Assembly: GCA_021158185.1 (NCBI GenBank)
Contig: JAGGVC010000126.1
Location: 10,689-74,688, forward strand
Reading direction: 5' to 3'
Origin: a bacterium
GTDB taxonomy: Bacteria; 4484-113; JAGGVC01
Length of the DNA: 64,000 nt
Both the position numbers and the translations under genes were made by a program. Every line of letters begins with the position of its first letter. Position 1 is the stretch's first letter. Positions 8,083 to 16,272 of the stretch are shown piece after piece. Under the pieces are notes generated by a model that searched no databases, was not told the DNA's origin, and was given only the letters and a program-made list of their open reading frames with translations.

Positions 8083-11000
8083 ATGGCGGTGATTGAAGTG
8101 AGGAAATTTGTACTTGCTTCGTTTCTGTTGATTCTGATTGTGCTTGTTTCGCTTGCTTGCGGAAAGGGCACAGGAATGAGGTCCGTTCCGTTCACAAGCG
8201 GATTCACGAACGTTGGCGATGATGCTGCAGACGTCGAGGAATCCCCGAATCTCACGCTGAATGTAATGCGCGATACGAGTGGGCTGCCAACGGGCGTACG
8301 CATCACGTGGCTGTACTCGACTCAGGCGGGGGTGGCTGGTTACAACATCTATCGATCAACCAGTTCCTTTACTGATACAGGGCAGGCGGTGCTGGCAAAC
8401 GCCATCCCAGTTACCGGGGCTCCCGGTGTCCTCGCGGACTTCGAGGATATTTTTCCCGTAACGATCGGTGATGAGTTCTTCTACCGGATTACTGCCGTGG
8501 ATTCCGAAGGTGACGAAAGCCCGTTGTCCGATGAGCTTTCGATTGTGATTTCCCACCATTACATAACCGCCTTGAACGTCTATTCAGGCGGTGCTGATGA
8601 TGTAATCACAATTCTCGGTGGTAACTTCGGTGATTACGATGAACAGAGCGACCGAGTTATGTTCTATGGTGTGACCTTGTATCTGCCGTCATCCCTTGAT
8701 CGTTCGCCTTCGGCTGTAGCTTCACAGGGCTTTGTCAGTGCAACGGTAGTTTCCTGGCAGAATGAGCAGATAGAAGTTGTTGTGCCTCAGTTTACGACAT
8801 CCGGCACGGTTCGGGTTCAAATCAACGGAGTGAATGCCAACCTGGACGGCACGTTTACATCGACGGATCCGTATATGCTCTCAGCCGCACCCGACCCAGC
8901 GATCGAGGGGAAATTGCTTACGATTACTGGAAACAATTTTGGAGACGTTAGGTTGTCGAGCATGGTAAGACTTGGAGCTGTAACATTGAACAAGGATTCC
9001 GATTTCGAAGAATGGTCGAATACCGAAATCAAGTTGATTATGCCTATGAAGATTTTGGGCATCATCAAACTTGACGTCGTAGTTCCCGTAAAACCAGTAT
9101 CAAATTCGTTTATGATGAACATTGCTCCGCTGCCCGATCCGGTCATTTACACGGTAACTCCACTATCCGCGTTCAACGGCAACATTGTTACGATTGGCGG
9201 TGCTAATTTCGCGGAATATGTGGCTACAGAGGATTTTGTATCACTGCGGGGCATTCCAGCTTCCAAGGTGGGTGCGATGCTCAGGAAACCGTCTGCAACG
9301 GCGGTAGAGCAGTATATCGGAGCACGTATCATTAGCTGGACGGATACAATGATCTCCATATTTGTACCCGATTATACAACGATCGGACCGGTGAGAGTTG
9401 ATAGAGGAAGTAAGAGCGTTGTCTTTGATGGCCCGTTTGACTCGCTAAGCCCTGCGATTTTCAGCGCAACACCGGATCCGATCCCTGCAGGTCAGATTCT
9501 TACGCTGACTGGTCGTAACTTTGGCGACATCAGGGGCACGAGCTACGTTAGAGTTGGAAACGTGATGCTCGGCAGCGATGCGCAGTACGACTTCTGGGGG
9601 GATACGGAGATACGGTGCTTTGTTCCAGGCGGTATTGGCGGGATTCAGGACGTGATCGCATCCATTGACGGAAAGGGGCAGTCAAACGCACTTTCAATTT
9701 CCATTACTTCTGCGCTTTTGCCCGTGATAGAAGATGTATCTCCTCAGAAAGCCACAGGCGCTCAACTGGTAACCATCACAGGTCAGCATTTCGGTGATGT
9801 TGCAGGGACAGTGAATATTAACGGAGCTGTGATAAAGACTGGCGCTCCGAATCTTGTGGGGTGGAGCGATACGCTGATAGACATAACTGTGCCTGACACC
9901 GCCGACTTAACAGGCCGAATCAAGGTCAATACAACTGATGGAAGGAACAGCAATGAATGGTACTACAGACGAGGAGTACCGCAGGACGCCGCTTTCAAGA
10001 ATGAGAGCATCCTGTTTGCAGGGCAGATGACGGGAATCGGTTCCGATGCTGTAAATGACGGCGCGTATTCGCACTTCTTCTCCATTTCGGCGAATGCCCG
10101 CGAAATCGTGCATGTCAAAGTAGACGATAACACGGGCGGTGTTCAGGAAGGCATCGTAACGGCTTCATATCCCAACCTGACAGCAAGACTTGCAACGGTA
10201 TTCGATGGGACAAATATTTGGCTCGCGTTCGTTTCAAACAACAAGGTTTACATAACGAGCAGTGCCGATCAGGGATCTACGTGGGATATGCCTGCAACCG
10301 AGGTGTTCGCTGGACCTGCAGATATCGGATCGCTCAGTATTTGCAGCGATTTCGCAGGCAATGCATCCCTCGCGTGGGGTGATATAGCGACCGGCGATGT
10401 GTATTTCAGTCACTTCAGTGCTGCAGCGGGAGGCTGGGTCAATGAGATCGTCGGTATCGGATATACCGTCGGAGATGTTGATGTTGCAATTCAGGATCCC
10501 GTTGCAGGAAAATTGACTCTGGTTACTTACTATACTCTTGCAACGGACGAGATTCAGGTTCTAAGCAACACTACAGGCCTGTGGACACCATACATCGGCC
10601 CGGTCGTCGGCGGCGGACTCTATCACAACGTGTTATTCAAAGACAATGATGCCGAGCCGAGCGTTCTGTTCCTGGATGCTGGCGGCAATATTTCGCTGGC
10701 TTCCGAATGGCCCACTGACCCGGGTGTATGGTCTCTTCTCACGATTCCTACGTCGGCTGGTCTCGGTAACGGACTTGATTCTCTTGATGCAGGAAGCCCG
10801 ATTATGTATATCGCAACCGGAAGTTTCGGTGGTAACATAGATCCGTATTTGATCGAATATAACTATGTTGCCGATTCGAGGATTGAGTACCATATGATTG
10901 ATATCAACAATAAATATGCAGCGTATCCGGCGGTGCTCGTTGATTCTCTGGGCGATGTGAAAAGCATGCATACCGACGTAACGTTGTGGGATCATTGGAT

Positions 11001-12111
11001 TGTCAATTGGGATACATCGGGCGCAGGCAATCATGTACCGGTGAGCTACGGCGATGATTTCGGCGAGATAGTTGCGATGAGCGGTGATGATCATCTGGCA
11101 ATGGATCTTGCAGGTGGAACCGGTTTTCTCTTCAAGGATGCCACTGCAAATAAGCTGTATTTTGGCTACTACAAGGACGGCAAGAAATACTCCCAGCTGA
11201 TTGACGGAGGTGCGGCGACGGACTACCTTGTTGCGGGATTGGACTGCGTTGGGACGAGCTACCATGTCTTTTATCAGAAGGGGACCGATCTGACGCACTG
11301 CATCGTCGATGTTTCAAATCCTGACTCGCTTGATGTGGGAACGAAAACTGCTATTGCCAGCTTTGGTGATACCGTACACGAGGATATTGCAGTTCTTTCG
11401 GGAAGTCCTGGTGATACTGTGATGAATGTTTTGTACGTTGAGACAACAACTGCAACTGGTGCTAATGAGAGGCTGATGCTTGGCAGTATGAGCGAGAGTG
11501 CCTGGGTATTCGAGGAACTTGCTAATCTTGGATCCCTTGCAATAAGCGGTATCGATCTTGCGATGAATCCGAATCTCGAAAACCGTGTCCCTGTCTACTT
11601 TGATTCAAGCTTGAACCAGCTGATGGTCGGCCAGTTCGACGGTACTTCGTGGACGTTTGCGCCAGCGGGGATCACTGCCAATTCAGGCAAATACCCCGTG
11701 CTTGAGTATAAGTATGGAGTTGGGTGTGAGGCTGTTGCATTCGATGAAACCGCCGGAATAGTCGAGCAGTTGATTCAGTTCGATCCTGTTTGGACTCAGG
11801 ACACCATTTCAGATCTCATGGGCACAGATTCGCCATACGATATGTGGGGAGGAGCCTTGAGTTTTGCTGGCGGGGATGCCTGGGGGCTCGTTACAGCGTA
11901 CTACTGTTCACAGAAGGGTGAATTCCAATATGTCATCCGCGAGGAGGAGGGACTGTACACGTACAAGGACGCTTTCTACACAAATCCGATTGGGGATATC
12001 GATTACACTGCGTGCGCAGTGGATGGAAATGCTGGTTCTACAATGATCTACCAAGGAGCGAATGACTTCGGTCTTTATCTCTGCCGTCAGGACCTGCTCG
12101 CCGTATCGTAA
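8083..12111 (+). CDS. Giant (1342 aa) cell-surface protein carrying an FN3 domain, five tandem IPT/TIG domains and a BNR/Asp-box beta-propeller-like region
   Basis: N-terminal signal peptide. FN3-like segment (GYNIYRSTS…YRITAVDSEGDESPLS). Five IPT repeats (ITILGGNFGD, LTITGNNFGDVR, VTIGGANF, LTLTGRNFGDIRG, VTITGQHFGDVAG). Asp-box SSADQGSTWD. Confidence 0.7.
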   Translation: MAVIEVRKFVLASFLLILIVLVSLACGKGTGMRSVPFTSGFTNVGDDAADVEESPNLTLNVMRDTSGLPTGVRITWLYSTQAGVAGYNIYRSTSSFTDTGQAVLANAIPVTGAPGVLADFEDIFPVTIGDEFFYRITAVDSEGDESPLSDELSIVISHHYITALNVYSGGADDVITILGGNFGDYDEQSDRVMFYGVTLYLPSSLDRSPSAVASQGFVSATVVSWQNEQIEVVVPQFTTSGTVRVQINGVNANLDGTFTSTDPYMLSAAPDPAIEGKLLTITGNNFGDVRLSSMVRLGAVTLNKDSDFEEWSNTEIKLIMPMKILGIIKLDVVVPVKPVSNSFMMNIAPLPDPVIYTVTPLSAFNGNIVTIGGANFAEYVATEDFVSLRGIPASKVGAMLRKPSATAVEQYIGARIISWTDTMISIFVPDYTTIGPVRVDRGSKSVVFDGPFDSLSPAIFSATPDPIPAGQILTLTGRNFGDIRGTSYVRVGNVMLGSDAQYDFWGDTEIRCFVPGGIGGIQDVIASIDGKGQSNALSISITSALLPVIEDVSPQKATGAQLVTITGQHFGDVAGTVNINGAVIKTGAPNLVGWSDTLIDITVPDTADLTGRIKVNTTDGRNSNEWYYRRGVPQDAAFKNESILFAGQMTGIGSDAVNDGAYSHFFSISANAREIVHVKVDDNTGGVQEGIVTASYPNLTARLATVFDGTNIWLAFVSNNKVYITSSADQGSTWDMPATEVFAGPADIGSLSICSDFAGNASLAWGDIATGDVYFSHFSAAAGGWVNEIVGIGYTVGDVDVAIQDPVAGKLTLVTYYTLATDEIQVLSNTTGLWTPYIGPVVGGGLYHNVLFKDNDAEPSVLFLDAGGNISLASEWPTDPGVWSLLTIPTSAGLGNGLDSLDAGSPIMYIATGSFGGNIDPYLIEYNYVADSRIEYHMIDINNKYAAYPAVLVDSLGDVKSMHTDVTLWDHWIVNWDTSGAGNHVPVSYGDDFGEIVAMSGDDHLAMDLAGGTGFLFKDATANKLYFGYYKDGKKYSQLIDGGAATDYLVAGLDCVGTSYHVFYQKGTDLTHCIVDVSNPDSLDVGTKTAIASFGDTVHEDIAVLSGSPGDTVMNVLYVETTTATGANERLMLGSMSESAWVFEELANLGSLAISGIDLAMNPNLENRVPVYFDSSLNQLMVGQFDGTSWTFAPAGITANSGKYPVLEYKYGVGCEAVAFDETAGIVEQLIQFDPVWTQDTISDLMGTDSPYDMWGGALSFAGGDAWGLVTAYYCSQKGEFQYVIREEEGLYTYKDAFYTNPIGDIDYTACAVDGNAGSTMIYQGANDFGLYLCRQDLLAVS
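8575..10035 (+). repeat. Five diverged ~100-aa tandem IPT/TIG domain repeats inside the giant surface-protein gene
   Basis: Recurrent xTIxGxNFGD…W(S/G)DTxI motif at about 100-aa spacing in the translated ORF. Confidence 0.5.
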
Positions 12112-12218
12112 GTTGTAGCGACCTCGAATAACGGTATCAGGTTTGAGATGAGCCGGGGTACATGTCCAACACTCAGTTGCCCGATCTCGTCGTTCCGGGA
12201 AGTGAAATCCCCGCTCGC

Positions 12219-14924
12219 TTATTCCGTGACCGTGAAATGCAAAAGGTTTGATACAAAACCGTCCCTCAATATACACACAGGTCCGCTTTCGGCGTTGCTG
12301 AATGGCGGGATTATTGCTGCTTCCGGCTGTGGATAAGGCGGGGGATCGCCTGTATTTTGATCTGTTTCCGCGTCGGGTGGAATTGCTGGCGGAAGCTCGA
12401 CAGGAAGCGAAAGGGGATTATAGGGAACGAGAACCCGTATAAGAGTATCTGTCCAGTCTATCGGAACAGCTTCGACATCTCCGAATGTAATCGTGTTTCC
12501 ACTTGCGCTTGCGCCGAAGGATTCGCCGTGAATTTCCACTGTTGCACCAATGGGCGCGTTATTGGGTGTGATGTTCAGGATCATTGGTGCATAGATGTCC
12601 TCTGAAGAAAAATTTCTCCGTGTCAGAATCTGCGCCAGCGAGACGCCATTATCGATGCCATCACTGTCAAGTATGCTGTCATTCCCGTCTGTAAACCGAA
12701 TGATAATGTAGCGCGCTTGCACAAGCGGAAAACTCAGCATGGCAGCCTGATTATGAATGAGTACAAGCTCTCCATCAGTCATAGCGGATTCATCGATTAT
12801 CGGGATATACGATTCCGCAAGAATAGGCAGAGCGGGATCGTAAACACCAGAAGCAAAAATCCTCAGTGTTTGGCTGTACGGCGGATCGGAAATGCTCATG
12901 GTTCTTCCGGAGAGCATCATCCAGTTAAGCGTTTCGGACTGCGGAAGCTCGATTACAATCTCGCAGGGCGAAGAATCAATCAATTCCGCATACCAGAATG
13001 ATGTTGGAGATTCATCGATCGCTCTTGCTGGTGAATGGCTGGAATCGAATTCGGAGTCAGCTCGGGCGGTTGCGCCGAACGATGAAACTGTCGGACTGTA
13101 CAGGTGTGAATCTGCAGTGAATGAAGTCGATTGGGAGTCCGGTGATTGTGTTGCTCCGTCTGATGCGAGAAGAGTGTTTACGGATAATTCGTACCAGCCC
13201 CCCGGAAAAAGAGGATCCGATTCGAGTCGCACCCTTTTTCCATCGTCCATCAGTACAGCGCGATATATGTATTTTTGAGGTAAAATTGAATAGTGAGAAA
13301 CATCGGTTGCATAGTAAGGATCCAGTGCCCGGTTAAAGAAAATATCCAGATGGGATATTCCATCCGTGCGCACTCCAAGAAGCTCAAGGTCGATTTGCGA
13401 AGGAGACCAGAACGCTTGATATGCATTCACAAGACCCGCACCAAGTTTTCCCGCAAGTTCCGGATATTTGTCGTCAAAGCTCTTAGCGCCGATCATGAGA
13501 GCAGTTCGCACATCATCGAGCGTGTATCCCGGTTTCTCTGAAAGGATGAGCGATGCAAGTCCGCTGATCAGCGGAGCTGAAAGGCTTGTACCGTCTACAG
13601 ACGCGTAAGTTCTTGTTTCGCCATCGGAGTTGACTGTCAATATGCTGGTTGCGGGGGCAAGGATATCGAGGAATTCACCATAATTCGTTCCTTCCGTTGC
13701 CTCGTTCCAGATATCGCTTATTCCCTTTGTTCCGCCCACCGCGATTGCTTCTGGATAGTACGCTGGTGCGCAAAGCTGAGGCGATTCCTCGCCGGCATTT
13801 CCTGCCGCAGCAATAACTATCTTTCCATAATCAGCGCAAACGCTCGTTGCTTCGGCGAGGAGCTTCTGGGATTTCGGATAGACAGCGCTTATGTTGATTA
13901 TTCTTACTTCGGGGTATTTTAGAGTGTGCATCATAGCGCGGATGCAATCGATAACGAGCCAGCCCTTGGATTCGCCAACAAGGGAATCCACTCGGAGCGA
14001 CATAATTCGTACGTTCCAGTCGACGCCTGCGATTCCCTGAGTGTTATTTCCAGCAGCACAAAGGACGCCTGCCACCCTGCTTCCATGTTGGGCACCGTCA
14101 TCAGCATCACCGTTTCCGTCCTCGTCGATTCCGTTTCCTGGCGTTGCGCCGCCATCGCCACGTAAGGATGGGTCATCATCATGTGGCGGGCTAATGAAAT
14201 CCCCGCCTTCAGGGTGAATACGTCCTGCGAATTCAGGATGGTCATAATCAACGCCGGTGTCGATAATTGCGACTGTTAAATCGGAGGAACCAGTTGTCGA
14301 ACCCCAGACATAGTCGATGTATGTTCCGATGATGTAATACTGATCGTTGAAGTACGGGTCATTCGGTGTGACGGGGTCGGATGCGGCTGAACCGTAATAG
14401 TGAGGTTCTGCCAGCCTGACTGAAGGATGCAACTGAATTTTCTCGATATACTCGTCGAGTTCAGGAACATCCGATGAATCTAGTCCGCTTACAAGCCGGT
14501 ATTCTCCGGCTTTCTTGAAGGACGGAATCCTGGAATCAGGGATGGCAAAACGCAATTCAGCAGCAAGAAGCTCAGGTATCCACTCGATCAACTGTGCTCC
14601 TACATCGGATGCTACGGTTCTTGCATCATCCAGCGTGGAGCCTTGCACAAGAATTGCAATCACTTCGTCCGCAACAAACCCGCCCGGCGCGAGCTGTGTT
14701 TTCTTGGGAAGAGCTTCATCAGAAGTATTCGTCACAGAATCAGATATTGGCGATAAGTCGGCATTTTGGTCTTCCGGCTGAGATGCCGGTGAATCCAGTT
14801 GTGAAGAAGAATTTGCTTCAGGGGGAGTAACGCTATGGGGAATATCACGCGATGTGCATCCAAGCAGAAAAACGGCGGTTATCGCCAGAAGTATCTGAGC
14901 GAAAAGGCGACTATTCGATGCCAC
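12219..14924 (-). CDS. Subtilisin-like serine peptidase (S8) lipoprotein with C-terminal discoidin (F5/8 type C)-like and IPT/TIG domains
   Basis: Lipoprotein signal (…AVFLLGC). S8 triad motifs are AIIDTGVDYDHPEF (Asp), HGSRVAGVL (His) and GTSLSAPLISG (Ser). The discoidin-like segment is SPARAIDESPTSFWYAE and the IPT segment is ILNITPNNAPIGATVEIHGESFG. The start codon is GTG. Confidence 0.8.
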   Translation of the reverse strand: MASNSRLFAQILLAITAVFLLGCTSRDIPHSVTPPEANSSSQLDSPASQPEDQNADLSPISDSVTNTSDEALPKKTQLAPGGFVADEVIAILVQGSTLDDARTVASDVGAQLIEWIPELLAAELRFAIPDSRIPSFKKAGEYRLVSGLDSSDVPELDEYIEKIQLHPSVRLAEPHYYGSAASDPVTPNDPYFNDQYYIIGTYIDYVWGSTTGSSDLTVAIIDTGVDYDHPEFAGRIHPEGGDFISPPHDDDPSLRGDGGATPGNGIDEDGNGDADDGAQHGSRVAGVLCAAGNNTQGIAGVDWNVRIMSLRVDSLVGESKGWLVIDCIRAMMHTLKYPEVRIINISAVYPKSQKLLAEATSVCADYGKIVIAAAGNAGEESPQLCAPAYYPEAIAVGGTKGISDIWNEATEGTNYGEFLDILAPATSILTVNSDGETRTYASVDGTSLSAPLISGLASLILSEKPGYTLDDVRTALMIGAKSFDDKYPELAGKLGAGLVNAYQAFWSPSQIDLELLGVRTDGISHLDIFFNRALDPYYATDVSHYSILPQKYIYRAVLMDDGKRVRLESDPLFPGGWYELSVNTLLASDGATQSPDSQSTSFTADSHLYSPTVSSFGATARADSEFDSSHSPARAIDESPTSFWYAELIDSSPCEIVIELPQSETLNWMMLSGRTMSISDPPYSQTLRIFASGVYDPALPILAESYIPIIDESAMTDGELVLIHNQAAMLSFPLVQARYIIIRFTDGNDSILDSDGIDNGVSLAQILTRRNFSSEDIYAPMILNITPNNAPIGATVEIHGESFGASASGNTITFGDVEAVPIDWTDTLIRVLVPYNPLSLPVELPPAIPPDAETDQNTGDPPPYPQPEAAIIPPFSNAESGPVCILRDGFVSNLLHFTVTE

Positions 14925-15005
14925 AGTAATATTGTACCCTCAAAATTCGGCCACGCGCCTGAAATGGCACAATGAGACTGGCAGGCTGGCTTGTTTGCTT
15001 GGAGG

Positions 15006-15992
15006 CTACAGCGCGCCCTCGATGCATGCATAATCGCCGAGGACGAGATTGCGCGGTGGCTGGTTTATGACGGCGCCGATGCCGATCAAGGATCCGCTCA
15101 GGAAACAGCCGTGCATTGAAGCACCGGGATTAACGATCGTATCAGCGAGGATACATCTTTCGACAGCTGCACCGTTTGAAATCGTGACATTGGGTCCGAT
15201 AATCGAATCCTTCACAACGGCGTCGGGAGAAATATACACCGGAGGAATAAACACGCAGTCTTCGCCTTTCGGCTCGGTGTGCATGCTTTCGATCATGTGC
15301 TGGTTGGTTGCGATGAGTTCGTCGGGCTTGCCGCAGTCGAACCAGCCTTCTACGTTGAATATCCGAAAATCGGTGTCTGATTCGACCATCCTTTGGAACG
15401 CGTCGGTCAACTGAATCTCACCGCGCGTCCGGATGTCGTTTTCCACGAGATAGCTTAAAGCTTCAAACAGCTTCTCTGGAGTTTTTATGTAGTTCAAGCC
15501 GATAAGAGCTAGGTCGCCTATGAATTCAGCAGGTTTTTCGACCATTTTGATGATTCTATCGCCTTCCGTTTCGACAATTCCGAATCTTTCAGGATCGTTC
15601 ACCCGTTTTACGCCGAGCGCGCCGTCACTTTCGCATTTGAAAATCTCAGCCAAGTTTCCATCTACAATCGTGTCGCCAAATATGATCAAGAGTTCTTCCG
15701 ATGGCTGAATCGAGTCTCCGCACAGCCATATTGCATGACCGAGTCCGAGTCGCTCGCGCTGGTATATGTACTCGGTATTCAAATTCGGGTAATTGGCGCC
15801 TACGTATTCCTTAATCAGCTCGCCAAGGTATCCGATGACGATGATAACGTCCTCTATTCCGAGCGCAATCATCCTGTCGAGAATATGACCGATTATGGGG
15901 CGGTCGCCCACTTGAACGAGTGCCTTTGGTGTCGTGTTCGTGATCGGCCTGAGACGGCTTCCGACACCTGCCGCGGGAATGATGGCCTTCAT
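15006..15992 (-). CDS. Sugar-phosphate nucleotidyltransferase with a C-terminal left-handed beta-helix (hexapeptide) domain
   Basis: N-terminal AIIPAAGVGSRLRP nucleotidyltransferase signature and a C-terminal hexapeptide-repeat region. It lies 81 nt upstream of the S8 peptidase gene on the same strand. Confidence 0.7.
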   Translation of the reverse strand: MKAIIPAAGVGSRLRPITNTTPKALVQVGDRPIIGHILDRMIALGIEDVIIVIGYLGELIKEYVGANYPNLNTEYIYQRERLGLGHAIWLCGDSIQPSEELLIIFGDTIVDGNLAEIFKCESDGALGVKRVNDPERFGIVETEGDRIIKMVEKPAEFIGDLALIGLNYIKTPEKLFEALSYLVENDIRTRGEIQLTDAFQRMVESDTDFRIFNVEGWFDCGKPDELIATNQHMIESMHTEPKGEDCVFIPPVYISPDAVVKDSIIGPNVTISNGAAVERCILADTIVNPGASMHGCFLSGSLIGIGAVINQPPRNLVLGDYACIEGAL

Positions 15993-16188
15993 AACTTTTT
16001 CCTCCAGAAATCACATGGCTGAATCGCCAGCTCGACGTAAATCGTCTCACATATTACCAGAAAAGGGCGCAAGTCGTAAAGCGCTAGAAGATAAGCGTGA
16101 TTGCCGAGTGCATGTGAAATTTTGCCGTTAATGATTCATGAGCATGCGAGCGCAAATCACATACAGAATTCAAGCAATGGAATTCTAT

Positions 16189-16217
16189 TTGCAAAACCAG
16201 GCGATTAATACTAGAAT
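16189..16217 (+). promoter_or_regulatory. Putative sigma-70-type promoter (TTGCAA-17-TAGAAT) for the dockerin/cytochrome lipoprotein gene
   Basis: TTGCAA at 16189-16194, a 17-nt spacer, then TAGAAT at 16212-16217. A GGAGA ribosome-binding site sits 7 nt before the TTG at 16273. Confidence 0.35.
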
Positions 16218-16272
16218 ATATGCTCAGGAAGTTGACGCTGTTTTTCGTTGCTGGAGATTTGGAGACACGCCG

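Noticed and set aside
8575-10035. Periodic repeats in the DNA that could suggest a CRISPR or tandem-repeat array.
   Set aside because: The periodicity is about 300 nt and diverged. It corresponds to in-frame IPT domain repeats of a coding gene, not a short direct-repeat and spacer structure.
10633-11298. 221-aa minus-strand ORF inside the giant IPT protein gene. Similar antisense ORFs occur at 16357-17361 and 17758-18633 inside the dockerin gene, 45482-46255 inside mutS, 49833-50663 and 50790-51422, 33810-34473 inside the transglutaminase-like gene, and 27217-27918 inside the PPIase gene.
   Set aside because: All are fully embedded antisense to genes that have strong homology support. Their compositions are low-complexity or Arg/Ser-rich, typical of spurious shadow ORFs.
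16138-16272. Upstream 45 codons of the dockerin/cytochrome lipoprotein ORF, starting at the ATG at 16138.
   Set aside because: This part lies upstream of the predicted promoter (16189-16217). It would also bury the lipoprotein signal peptide 45 residues inside the protein. A TTG start at 16273 with a GGAGA ribosome-binding site fits better.
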